From: an uncultured Pseudomonadota bacterium
GTDB taxonomy: Bacteria > Oederibacteriota > Muellerivitia > Muellerivitales > Muellerivitaceae
DNA length: 64,000 bases
Reading direction: 5' to 3'
Assembly (NCBI GenBank): GCA_963836235.1
Contig: CAWIIP010000002.1
Span: 320,001-384,000, forward strand
Positions 28,412 to 38,751 of this stretch are shown piece by piece. The notes under the pieces are model-generated. The model was not told the origin of the DNA. It searched no databases and saw only the letters and a program-made list of their open reading frames with translations. Numbering within the stretch: position 1 is the first letter of the stretch; the number at the start of each line of letters is the position of its first letter. The position numbers and the translations under genes are program-made.

Positions 28412-28855
28412 TTATTTCCTCGATTCTATTATTATCGAGAGCTTTTTAATGAGTTTTTTTGATGGCTCATGTTTCCCACGTTCCCACTTCGCGACAGTCG
28501 TTTCATCTACCCCGACCAATTGAGCGAATTTCTCCTGACTCAATCCATGGGTTAGGCGATAAAGCTTCATCTGTTCAACAACGTTGTCAGTTTTCTTGCA
28601 GTAGGGTGGTGGGGTGTACCCCAGGAAGGCAATGATCTTGGGTAGGTAGGTGAAATAGGGCGTGACCCGGTTCAGTTCCCAGTTTGTGACCGCCGATTCG
28701 GTGACCCCCAAGGTGGCCGCCACGTCTTTTTGCCACAGCCCCAGGTCAAGGCGGCGCTTCCTGATGTGATCCCCCAGGGTAGTCAGAGCTTTCGGGTAAG
28801 CGCGAGATTGGGGCTTTTTCGCTTTAAATTGTAGCTTGCAGAAAGGCAACGCCAC
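28412..28855 (-). CDS. Tandem (double) XRE-family HTH protein
   Basis: LGDHIRKRRLDLGLWQKDVA..VTNWE and YRLTHGLSQEKFA..VAKWE; its GTG start overlaps the comM junction. Confidence 0.85.
   Translation of the reverse strand: MALPFCKLQFKAKKPQSRAYPKALTTLGDHIRKRRLDLGLWQKDVAATLGVTESAVTNWELNRVTPYFTYLPKIIAFLGYTPPPYCKKTDNVVEQMKLYRLTHGLSQEKFAQLVGVDETTVAKWERGKHEPSKKLIKKLSIIIESRK
28789..28849 (+). repeat. Right 61-bp direct repeat (lies within the 5' end of the HTH gene)
   Basis: ctttcgggtaagcgcgagattggggctttttcgctttaaattgtagcttgcagaaaggcaa. Confidence 0.92.
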
Positions 28856-29340
28856 CCTGCCCCTGTGGTTATTACACCGACCCTTCCAAGGAATGCACTT
28901 GCACGCCCCACCAAATACAGAAATACCTGAGCAAGATTTCCGGCCCCCTTTTGGATCGCATTGACCTGCATATCGACGTACCCGCTTTGAAATGGAAGGA
29001 AATATCCGATACTGAACCCAGCGAGCCTTCGGGAGCCATCCGTGAGCGGATCAGCAAGGCCCGGACCATTCAACAAAAGCGTTTCACGGGCGAGGGCTTA
29101 CATTGCAATTCCCAAATGGCGACTACCCAATTGCGCAAATACTGCGGCCTGGACGAGCCGTCCCAGTCCCTCTTAAAGAACGCCATGGAAAAATTCGGCC
29201 TCTCAGCTCGCGCTTACGACCGAATCCTGAAAGTCGCCCGCACCATCGCTGACTTGGATTCCGAAGAATTTATCAAACCCGCCTATATCGCCGAAGCCAT
29301 CCAATACCGTAACTTGGATAGAAGTGTTTGGCGGAATTAA
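28855..29340 (+). pseudogene. comM: comM/YifB C-terminal part
   Basis: Resumes at PCPCGYY..CTC..YLSKISGPLLDRIDLH and ends with LSARAYDRILKVARTIADL..EAIQYR. Confidence 0.92.
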
Positions 29341-29423
29341 ACAGTACTCTTCGAGTAAAAGATCGTGCCCGATAACTGGAATTAATCAAAATCTTGCTTG
29401 TAACCGTGGACCATCCATTTAAC

Positions 29424-30404
29424 CTACCGATTAACGGCGCTCATATCCGGATAACGCTGGCCGGCCGCCACACCCATTGGAAAAGCCTCGTTCAAGCGGT
29501 TCAAGTCGTCGGTCGTGAGTTTTACGTCTAAAGCCGCGGCATTTTCTTCCAAACGTGAAATCTTTCGAGTCCCCGGGATCGGAACAATATCCTCCCCTTG
29601 GGCCATTACCCAAGCCAGCGCCAACTGGGCGGGAGTGATTTTCTTTTCGTCCGCCAACTTTTTAACAAAATTGGCCAAATGAAGATTTTTCTCAAAATTC
29701 TCCTCAGTGAATCTGGGATTTTTCCGGCGCCAATCGCTTTCGGCCAAATCGTCCCGTTTTTGGAAAACTCCGGTCAGAAATCCCCTTCCCAAGGGGCTGT
29801 AAGATACGAACCCGATCCCCAATTCACGGGTGGTCTTCAACAGCTCGTCCTCCGGTTCCCTGCTCCAAAGGGAATATTCAGTTTGGAGGGCTGAAATGGG
29901 ATGCGCCGCGTTGGCTCGGCGGATGGTTTGGGGTCCCGCCTCGGATAAGCCCAGGTACCGCACCTTTCCCTGTTGGACCAGCTTGGCCATGGCCCCCACC
30001 GTGTCTTCGATGGGAACGGTGTTGTCTACCCGGTGCTGGTAATAAAGGTCAATCACATCGATTTTGAGGCGCTTCAATGAGGCGTCGCAACATTGGAGGA
30101 CATATTCGGGCTTTCCACTAATCCCCAGGAACTTCCCGTCCGTTGACCTCTGGTTTCCAAACTTAGTAGCGACGATGATTTGAGATCGCCTGCCTTGTAG
30201 AAACTTCCCCAACAATTCCTCATTGGTAAAAGGCCCGTACATATCAGCCGTATCGAGAAAATTAATCTCTAAATCCAGGGCCTTTTGCAGGACTTCTAGC
30301 GATTCCTGGTCATTGCGTGGCCCGTAAAAATCCGACATACCCATGCATCCCAATCCTAAACGCGAAACCCTGAGTCCCTGTCGTCCCAACGGAATTTTTC
30401 TCAT
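29424..30404 (-). CDS. Aldo/keto reductase
   Basis: [27 protein letters not shown] and PIPGT motifs. Confidence 0.95.
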   Translation of the reverse strand: MRKIPLGRQGLRVSRLGLGCMGMSDFYGPRNDQESLEVLQKALDLEINFLDTADMYGPFTNEELLGKFLQGRRSQIIVATKFGNQRSTDGKFLGISGKPEYVLQCCDASLKRLKIDVIDLYYQHRVDNTVPIEDTVGAMAKLVQQGKVRYLGLSEAGPQTIRRANAAHPISALQTEYSLWSREPEDELLKTTRELGIGFVSYSPLGRGFLTGVFQKRDDLAESDWRRKNPRFTEENFEKNLHLANFVKKLADEKKITPAQLALAWVMAQGEDIVPIPGTRKISRLEENAAALDVKLTTDDLNRLNEAFPMGVAAGQRYPDMSAVNR

Positions 30405-30642
30405 CCTGGTCCCCCTATAATCTTTGCAAAAGAAAAATCATCATAATTTCACTCATTCTGCCATTGCAATAGCCTGAAACGAGGGGAAAGGCCTCCAGTA
30501 TCCCTAAAAGATAGCCTCTTTATGGGCAGTTTTCAGGAATCTAACTCTGATGGATAATCACTCTGTTCAAAAGACGTAAATTGGAGTATCCCTCTATAGA
30601 AATATGAATGACCCTTCTTAAACCGCGCAGGCTTGGTTACCG

Positions 30643-33082
30643 ATGAACGCAAAAATCAAACTCATTTTCGGGATTTTCCTTTTTCTGGTTTTTTCAATTT
30701 TTGAGATCACTAAATCCGATAAGGGCACCCCCTTGGTCGTTTTGGGTATTCTTTCCGCCTGCGTCATTTGCGGTTTAGCCGGTTATTTCATCAACCGGCA
30801 AATCAACGAGCGGCAGGCGTTCCTGAACCACCTGAAATCCAGCGAAGAAAAATTTCGATTTCTCACCGAGACCGCGTACGATGCCTTTATTACCACAGAC
30901 TCCGATGGAAATATCACCGATATCAATCCGGCCGGGGAAGCAATGTTCGGTTATTCCAAACCGGAATTGGTCTGCAAACCCCTCTCGTTACTGATGCCTC
31001 AAAAATTCGACCTCGAAGGAATTGATTTATCCTTTGAGAAATTCGTTTCCATCGTCTCCGGCGTCCAAACCCTTGAGATCACGGGAATAAAGAAAGATTT
31101 GTCTATTTTCCCTTCAGAGGTCTCGGTTTCAAAGTGGAAAACGAAAGATGGAGTCTTTCACACGGCTATCGTCCGCGACATAACCGAAAGAAAATTTTTT
31201 ATCAAAACTCTATTGAATAACGAACACCGACTATTCCAATTTTTGGACGCCATTCCCATGGGGGTTCTGGTTCGAGATCCTACTGGTGCCCCCTATTACT
31301 CCAATCACGCCCACGATGAATTATTCGGATCGGACATGGTCAAAAACAAAACACTTATCGATCAAACACCGGAAGCCCACCATCTTTTCATTGCCGGGTC
31401 GGATCAGCCCTATCCTCCAGATGAATTGCCGGGGGCGAAAGCCCTGCTGGGGGAAAAATCACATATTGACGATATCGAGATGCGTCATTTAAATCGCGTC
31501 ATTCCATTGGAAGGCTGGGGATCCCCTATTCTGGACGAAAAGGGAGGCGTTAAATTTGCCTTGACCGCCATCATGGATGTTAGCCGTCAGAGAGAAATCC
31601 ACGAAGCCACGAAGGAGCGTGAGGAATTTTTCAGAAACTTGTTCGAGGAAAGCCCCATCGGCATGACTTTGACCTTTCCCGACGGCACTTTCGCCAACGT
31701 CAACCGGGCTTTTTGCGATATGTTGGGATACTCCAAAAACGAATTGATCGGCCTTTCCTGCATGAACTTTACCTTCGCCGAGGATGCTTCGGTCGAAAAA
31801 TCCTTAAACAAAAAGCTTTTTGAAAAAATACTGCCGAAGTACCAAATTGAAACACGCTACATCCCCAAGAATGGGGGTCTCATCCGGTGTAAAGTATCCG
31901 CGTCAGTGATGCGAAACCTAGAGGACGAACCCCTTTTCCGCCTCGCCATGACGGAAAATATCACCGAACAAAAAACCGCCGAAGCCGAACTGAAAGAGAG
32001 TGAGGAAAAATTCCGCACCTTGACCGAATCGGCCAATGACGCCATTATTTCGATCAATTCCAAAGGCGTTATTATTTTTTTCAATCCTGCCGCAGAAAAG
32101 ATATTCGGTTATTCCCAAGTTGAAGCCCTGGGCCAGCCCTTCAGCTTCTTGATGATCGAATCCGCTTGGAAGGCCAATATGCAGCTTATTCAAAATTACC
32201 TGTCCTCAGGAAAGTCTACCATTCCCGGCCGAACCTTAGAACTGGAAGGCCGGCGCAAGAATGGCGAGGAATTCCCTGCCGAGATATCCTATTTTTCTTG
32301 GAAAACCGAAGCTGGACTCTTTTTCACCTCCATCATGAGGGACATTACTTGGCGCAAGCAGGTTGAGGAAATGAAAAATGATCTCATTTCGGTCGTTTCC
32401 CACCAACTCAAAACACCGGTGGCCGAGATCAATGGCTATATCGAAAACATGCTGGAAGGGATTACAGGTGACCTGTCGGAAACTCAAAAAGATTACCTCA
32501 GAGACATGCGGAATATCGGAAACGGGAATTATCGCCTTATTTCTGACCTGTTAAGCATGTCAAAAATTGAGAGAGGCGTCATGACCGTTGATTTAATCCC
32601 TGTCCGATTGGAAGAAATTGTAGAATTGGCGACAAGGGATCTTGAAGACCTTATTGAAAAGAAAAACCTCAAGTTCACCGTCGATAAGGCATCCGAAGAT
32701 CTTTGGGTCCTCGCCGACAAGGACAAAACGGCGGAAGCCTTAGAAACATTATCGATAATGCCATCAAGTGTACCGACCGGGGTTCTGTTCGAATCCGCGT
32801 CCGTCCGAAACGGCCAGTTTGTATGGGTGGAAGTCTCCGATACGGGAATTGGTATGACGGACGCCACTCTTCAACGGCTCTTCACAAAGTCCCGGGTTTT
32901 GGGCTCGGAAGCTTCCCGATCGGGGGCGGGCTTAGGGCTTTATATTGCGAAAAGTTTTATGAACTTGCAAAATGGGGAATATTACGGTCACATCCGAATG
33001 GGGAAAGGGCAGTAGTTTTCGAGTCACAATACCTTTAACGAACAAGAAAGGAGGAACAACATGTCTAAGGGAACCATACTGA
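30643..33082 (+). CDS. Multi-PAS sensor histidine kinase; HATPase region carries apparent frameshifts
   Basis: Two TM segments, four PAS domains, SHQLKTP H-box; the N-box (RNIIDNAIK) and the C-terminal ITVTSEWGKGSSF lie in another frame. Confidence 0.8.
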
Positions 33083-33652
33083 TCGTGGAGGACCAACAGG
33101 GATTCCGGCGCATATACCATGATGTGCTGGTGAATGACGGATATGAGGTACTGGAAGCGCAAGACGGAGAAGAAGGTTGGAATATGGTGAGAAGCCATCA
33201 AACCCCACTTGGTGTTATTGGATTTGGGCTTGCCTAAAATCGATGGATTTGAGGTCTTAAAGCGAATTCGTGCGGACGGCGAAACCAAGAATATCCCGGT
33301 TATTATCTTTTCGGTCCTGGGAGAACAAAAGGACGTGAAAAAAGGGCTGGAGATGGGCGCCAACGACTACACCGTCAAGGGCTTTTATACTCCCCGGCAA
33401 ATCCTGAGCAAGATCAAGGGCCTGATGACCCAGATAGATGTTAAGAAAAGCGTCAATTCCTACAATTTGAAAATCGACGGTGCAAAAGAGGACGCCTTGA
33501 AACTTCAAAGTGAAATCGGCCTCACTCAAGGGTACCATTGCCCCCATTGTGGCAACGAAATGGTTTTAGAGCTTTTCCCGGATTACGTTCGCAACGAAGG
33601 ACATTGGTTCACGGCCCATTTCACTTGCCACAAATGCGGGAAATCTTTTTAA
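33061..33652 (+). CDS. Response regulator (REC) with C-terminal C4 zinc ribbon; one frameshift near 33195
   Basis: MSKGTILIVEDQ.., then LLDLGLP.. in a shifted frame; CPHC...CHKC. Confidence 0.8.
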
Positions 33653-33859
33653 AGTCTTATTTCTAAACTAAAAGTAAAGACGTCATTTTTTTATGTTTTC
33701 ATACCTTTCATTTATAAATCAAAGCAGGTGGGTAAAAAGAACCTACCGGGGAATATTCACCCACCATTTAAGGATTAAACCGCGTTAAAAGCAGGTTTTA
33801 GTTGGCATTATTCTTGTTGTGTATAAACCTCGAAGTTGAATAAAACAGCGAGGTAAACT

Positions 33860-34508
33860 ATGGAGCAAATTATGGAATCCATTGAAAACAAAATTGAGTC
33901 GCCCTCAAACGATCCCGTAAAAAAAGGAACAATCCTGATCATGGAAGATCAGCGTGGATTCCGGCGTATATACCGGGACGTGCTTGAGCAGGATGGTTAC
34001 GAGGTACTGGAGGGCGCCGATGGTGAAGAAGGATGGGAACTTATCATCACCCGAAAGCCAGATTTGGTCCTTTTGGACTTGGGATTACCGTTGATTGGAC
34101 GGGTTCCAGGTTCTCGGGAAAATTCGCCGAAGTGATCAGACCAAACATATCCCCGTCATTATTTTTTCTGTTTTAGGCGAACCCAGAGATGTCAAGAAAG
34201 CCATGGAAATGGGTGCCAACGATTACACTGTTAAAGGCTTCTACACGCCCCGACAGATTTTAAGCAAGATCAAGGAACCTGTTGAAGGACAGCAAGCAAC
34301 AAAACACCACGAATTCCTACCGGCTTATGATCAACGGGGAAAGTAAAAACGTTGGCAGACTGGAACAGGACTTGGGACTGGAAAAAGGCTTCAAATGCCC
34401 CCAATGCAGTACCAAATGGAAACGGAGTTCTTCCCGGACTACGCCCGGGCCGACGGCCACTGGTTTGCGGCGCGTTTCGTCTGCCCAACCTGTGAAAAGC
34501 CTTTCTAA
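33860..34508 (+). CDS. Paralogous REC-zinc-ribbon response regulator; about three frameshifts
   Basis: ILIMEDQ, LLDLGLP, ANDYTVKGFYTPRQI and CPQC...FPDY..GHWF..CPTC assembled across frames. Confidence 0.7.
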
Positions 34509-34615
34509 AGCGGGATATAAACAAGCCTTCATTTAACGGAAACGTTACTTCCTTTTCACAAGCTCAATTTCTCACATCCCTAGGCTAGCCTTCCAAATGA
34601 GTTGGGGAGGCCTTC

Positions 34616-35839
34616 CTGAAAGTCGCTTATTTTACCGAAAGCGTGCCTCCGTTGACCGACGGAGTCGCTCGCACCTATACCCGTCTTGCCGAAACTTTAA
34701 ATTCAAAAAAAATAGATTTCCGCTTTTTCGCACCTGTCCTTCCCTCCGAAACCGAACCCTGGAAAGGAAGGGTTAAAAAAGTCCCCTCAGTTCCCTTTCC
34801 ACTTTACCGTTATTATCGGGTTGGCATTCCTTATGGCCAAAACCTCGATACCCTTTTGGACCGATTTCAACCCGATTTAATCCAAGTAGCCGCTCCAACT
34901 CCCCTCTGTATCTACGGTCAAAACTACGCCTTCCGAAAAAAGCTTCCATTGGTGGCCAGTTACCACACCCATTTCGTCGATTATTTCCCTTACTATGGTT
35001 TCAATTGGGCCGTGGATTTGGGTTGGCAATTCATGCGATGGTTTTATAATCGAAACTTAGTCACCTTCGCGCCAACTGCTGGAACCATATCCGAATTGGT
35101 TGGGAGAGGGTTTCGAAACGTCCAAGCATGGCCCCGGGGAATTGACGGTCATAAATTCTCACCCACCCACCGGAATATGGCCTTGAGAAAAAAACTTGGT
35201 TTAGGAAAGGAATATCTCCTCCTTTTCGTGGGCCGCATGGTAGGGGAAAAAGATTTGGCCGATTTGGCGAAGGCCGCTCATCTACTGCGGCAAAGAGGAT
35301 ATAAGTTCCAATTGGCCTTTGCCGGCGACGGGCCTTACCGATCCATCATGCAAAAACAATTTCCAAAAGACCATTTTTTTGGATTTATTCAGGGCCGAAA
35401 ACTTTCCGAACTTTACGCCTCATCCGACCTCTTCGTCTTCCCTTCCACGACCGAAACCTTCGGCAACGTGGTTTTGGAAGCTTTTGCTTCCGGATTACCA
35501 GTTATCGGAGTTCGCAAAGGGGGCGTCGCCGATTTAATTCAGGATCGAACGAACGGCTTTCTGGCCCGTCCGAATCATCCACAGGATTTTGCCCGGCGAA
35601 TCCAATTCTTCCTGGATCATCCGGTAGCCATGCAAAAGGCCAGAAGGGGGGCGATCGCTACCGCCACTCATTACGACTGGCCCACCATTAATGGACGCTT
35701 GATTAATAGTTATGAACTTCTGATTCGGGAACACAAAGGTAAAACTTCGAATTTATTGAAAGCGTCGGCCGACCCTTTCCCATGGAACTCTCGGCTTCAA
35801 ATTACTAAAGAAGTCTCATCCAAACGAATCGCCGGTTAA
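34616..35839 (+). CDS. GT4-family glycosyltransferase (probable CTG start)
   Basis: KVAYFTES, YHTHF, FVGR and ETFGNVVLEA motifs; GGAGG lies 5 nt before the CTG at 34616. Confidence 0.88.
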   Translation: MKVAYFTESVPPLTDGVARTYTRLAETLNSKKIDFRFFAPVLPSETEPWKGRVKKVPSVPFPLYRYYRVGIPYGQNLDTLLDRFQPDLIQVAAPTPLCIYGQNYAFRKKLPLVASYHTHFVDYFPYYGFNWAVDLGWQFMRWFYNRNLVTFAPTAGTISELVGRGFRNVQAWPRGIDGHKFSPTHRNMALRKKLGLGKEYLLLFVGRMVGEKDLADLAKAAHLLRQRGYKFQLAFAGDGPYRSIMQKQFPKDHFFGFIQGRKLSELYASSDLFVFPSTTETFGNVVLEAFASGLPVIGVRKGGVADLIQDRTNGFLARPNHPQDFARRIQFFLDHPVAMQKARRGAIATATHYDWPTINGRLINSYELLIREHKGKTSNLLKASADPFPWNSRLQITKEVSSKRIAG

Positions 35840-35904
35840 AAATCTTCCGGCTATTCATCCTCACTTTATCCCCGACAAAATAGAGCATTCCCTTGTAAAA
35901 TGAA

Positions 35905-36567
35905 TTGGTGAAAAAAATTCTTCTCTTGGTTATTTTGCTTTGGGGTGGTCAGGCCACCGCTCAAACCCCAGAAGTACCCAATTTCAGCATTTTGGGGCAA
36001 TTGGGAATGTCGAAATGTTCGGGCTTCCTGGGAAACGGCAATCCGTCACCTGCGGGTGGTTTATGGCTGGGCATCGGCCTTTCCGACCGCTTTGACGGTC
36101 TTTGGGGCTTTGATTACTACAGTATGCCCAATCTGGAACTCCCGGTTACTCTGACACCGACTCCCAGCAATCCCGCTACCGTTATGCTCATTTTGCCCAC
36201 GAATGACCTTTCCTTTACCGTTAACACCCGATGGTATTGGGCTTCCAAATACGACCAACTCCACCAAAAGTTCAATACCGTCCCTTACTTCTTGGCTGGC
36301 TTCGGGATGGATATGGTGGTGGATGAGGATCCCCGTCCTCCAAACACAACCTTATTCGGCGCTTCCTTTGACGCCCTATTTTCCCTCAACCTGGGAGTGG
36401 GAATGGATTTTCCTCTGGGGGATGGCAAGCAATGGTTTCTTTACGGGGAAGGACTAGATCATCTGATCGCTTGGCAAGGGCTGACTCAAATCTATTCTTT
36501 CCGGGCCGGTTTTAAGGTGATGCTGGACTCCGCCCACGTAGACCCTTTCCGGGGCCTTTTGCAATAG
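35905..36567 (+). CDS. Small outer-membrane beta-barrel protein
   Basis: Signal peptide, amphipathic strands, VPYFLAGFG and NLGVGMDF. Confidence 0.65.
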   Translation: MVKKILLLVILLWGGQATAQTPEVPNFSILGQLGMSKCSGFLGNGNPSPAGGLWLGIGLSDRFDGLWGFDYYSMPNLELPVTLTPTPSNPATVMLILPTNDLSFTVNTRWYWASKYDQLHQKFNTVPYFLAGFGMDMVVDEDPRPPNTTLFGASFDALFSLNLGVGMDFPLGDGKQWFLYGEGLDHLIAWQGLTQIYSFRAGFKVMLDSAHVDPFRGLLQ

Positions 36568-36664
36568 AAAAGGCCAAGAAATTTCCCCTTTCATCATGGG
36601 GTCCATATCTATTTGTATAATGCCCTGTCTTTCAACTCCGATCGTAAACCGAGTAATGAGAACT

Positions 36665-37044
36665 ATGGATTTCCACTAGCCATACCGATATTTGTCCCCA
36701 TTGCGGCGTCGAAATCCCTAAAAGACTCCTTTTCTGTCCCGGCTGCCAAAAGCCCGCCCATTCAGAGAGCCTACAACAACTCTCCCAACAAGCAATCCAG
36801 GCCGAACAAGGAAATCGCCCGTCCGACGCCTTGTCCTTTTGGCGGGAAGCTTTGGAACTAGTCCCTCCCTCATCAAGCCAATACCATACCTTAACGAAGA
36901 GAATCACGGACTTGGGCCGCCAGGTAGATGGACTTGCCCCTACCAGATCAAATTCCTCGGTAGTCCAAGAACAAAAATCCCTTTTTTGGAAAATCAGAGG
37001 TAAGGTTGGGATTCTTGGTTTCCTGGCGGTTCTTTTTTCAAAAC
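36665..37044 (+). pseudogene. 5' part of a zinc-ribbon/site-2 protease gene (1-nt frameshift just after the ATG, then cut by IS30)
   Basis: CPHC..CPGC..FWREALEL..LFSK; joins the 3' part in frame once the IS and one target duplication copy are removed. Confidence 0.75.
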
Positions 37045-38096
37045 GCTGAATTCAACCAGTAAGTGCAACACCTAGACGAAAGACCTGCTCCGGCGTTTTG
37101 AAGCGAAGGCACTTGCGTGGACGGCTGTTGAGAGCCCGCTCCACACGTCGCACGTTCGCTGGAGTTATGGTAGCAAAATCGGTTTTCTTTGGATAGAAGC
37201 GCCGCACCAAACCATTAGTGTTTTCGACGGTTCCCTTTTCCCAACTGTGGAAAGGAAGACAGAAAAAGGAACGGGTTCCTAAGAGATTGTTAACTTGAAG
37301 ATGCTCGATGTTTTCAGAGCCGTTGTCGTAAGTAATGGTCCGGCGTAACCCCTTCGGAAAGAGGGTGAGCCGTCGATTGATAGCTGCTCGTGTTTTCGAA
37401 GCGGACTTTTGAGGCAACCAGGCGAGTTTCACGAGGCGGCTTTTTCGTTCGACCATCACCAAAAGGGAGGCTTTACTTTTTCTGGAGATGATGGTGTCCG
37501 CTTCCCAGTGACCAAATTGACGCCGCGTCTGCACGATGGCGGGTCGTTGAGTGATCGGAGTTCGTTCTGGAATATGGCTTTTTCGATGTTTGTGCGAATG
37601 CCATCGGCGAAGCCGCTTTCGATGGGAACGAGCCAAGAGAGGGATGAGGTTTCGGGCTTCGGAATAAATGAACTGGTAGACGGCCTCGTGGGAAATGAAT
37701 AGTTTGGAGTTCTCAAGGCGAAGCTGACCAGCAATTTGTTCGGGAGAAAACCCCTGATGAAGCTTACGCAAAACATGTTGTCGGATCCCTGGTTTTTTGA
37801 GACGCAGATGGGTCCGAGAGAGTTGGTTACGCTGGGTAGATCGCAGGTGAGCCCGAGCTGGTAGATAACGGCCAGGACGTAAAGGTGGTGCGTTACGCTT
37901 CAACTCTCGGGAAACACTGGACACATCACGTTCGAGGCGTCGGGCGATTTCTCGTATGGAGAGGCCTTCTGCCTTCCAAACTGCGATTTCTTCACGTTCG
38001 GCCAACGACAGGTGCTTGTAGGATTGTTTCATAAAACTTAGGATAACCCCCGGATTCTGCCGGGGCTAAGTGTTGCACTTCGCTATTGAACTGGGG
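37045..38096 (-). mobile_element. IS30-family insertion sequence (1052 bp) with 3-bp target duplication AAC
   Basis: Imperfect IRs GCTGAATTCAACCAGTAAGTGCAACACCTAG and CCCCAGTTCAATAGCGAAGTGCAACACTTAG; AAC at 37042-44 and 38097-99. Confidence 0.92.
37052..38032 (-). CDS. IS30-family transposase
   Basis: N-terminal HTH; SPEQIAG, HWEADT, TYDNGSE, EKGTVENTNG and LNSRPRK motifs. Confidence 0.95.
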   Translation of the reverse strand: MKQSYKHLSLAEREEIAVWKAEGLSIREIARRLERDVSSVSRELKRNAPPLRPGRYLPARAHLRSTQRNQLSRTHLRLKKPGIRQHVLRKLHQGFSPEQIAGQLRLENSKLFISHEAVYQFIYSEARNLIPLLARSHRKRLRRWHSHKHRKSHIPERTPITQRPAIVQTRRQFGHWEADTIISRKSKASLLVMVERKSRLVKLAWLPQKSASKTRAAINRRLTLFPKGLRRTITYDNGSENIEHLQVNNLLGTRSFFCLPFHSWEKGTVENTNGLVRRFYPKKTDFATITPANVRRVERALNSRPRKCLRFKTPEQVFRLGVALTG

Positions 38097-38099
38097 AAC

Positions 38100-38746
38100 T
38101 GAAATTATTGGTCTTCGGTTTGGCTAAACTCCATACTCTTTTATCCATGCTCTTGTTCTTTGGGGTCTACTGGAGTATGTGGGGATGGAAATTCGCCCTT
38201 GGCTTCGTTCTTTCCATTTATATCCACGAAATGGGCCATGTCGCGGCCCTCAATCGTTACGGTATCAAGGCCACCGCCCCGGTTTTTATCCCCTTTGTCG
38301 GCGCCATCATCCGGGTCAAACAAACCCTCACCAACCCAAGAGAAGACGCGCGGGTGGGACTGGCGGGCCCGATTTGGGGATTGGGCACGGCGGTTGCCTC
38401 TTTCCTGTTATTCCAAGTAACCGATGACGAAATCTTTAAGGCGATCGCCCGGATGGGCGCCTGGGTCAACCTCTTTAATTTGATGCCGTTCTGGCAATTG
38501 GATGGAGGACGGGGATTTCATTCATTAAGCCGTTGGCAGCGGTGGGCGGCTGTCCTCGTGATCGCCGGAATGTGGTTTTACACGCAGGAAGGATTGTTAA
38601 TGATCTTGTTCCTCTTTGCGGTTTTAAAAGCTTTGCGGAAGGACACCCCCCCAGATCCGGACTACATTGGATTGGTCGAGTATGGCTTCTTAGTCGTTAT
38701 ACTTTCGATCATGTGCGCCATCCCCCTTGCCACGGGCCCCCCTTAA
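38100..38746 (+). pseudogene. 3' part of the site-2 protease (M50) gene
   Basis: IHEMGH, LAGP and NLMPFWQLDGGR motifs. Confidence 0.85.
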
Positions 38747-38751
38747 ACTCC

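Larger units (their letters stand above)
25095..28854 (-). mobile_element. Recombinase-less AT-rich island within comM, flanked by 61-bp direct repeats
   Basis: Lies between the two comM halves; all five genes are on the minus strand; visibly AT-rich; terminal direct repeats. Confidence 0.85.

Noticed and set aside
25095-28849. The 61-bp repeats as a CRISPR array or a DGR template/variable pair
   Set aside because: There are only two copies 3.7 kb apart, no cas or reverse transcriptase gene in the window, and the mismatches are not adenine-specific.
33802-33818. Sigma54-like TTGGCA-N-TTGT upstream of the second response regulator
   Set aside because: The -12 element is GT rather than the conserved GC, which is insufficient support.
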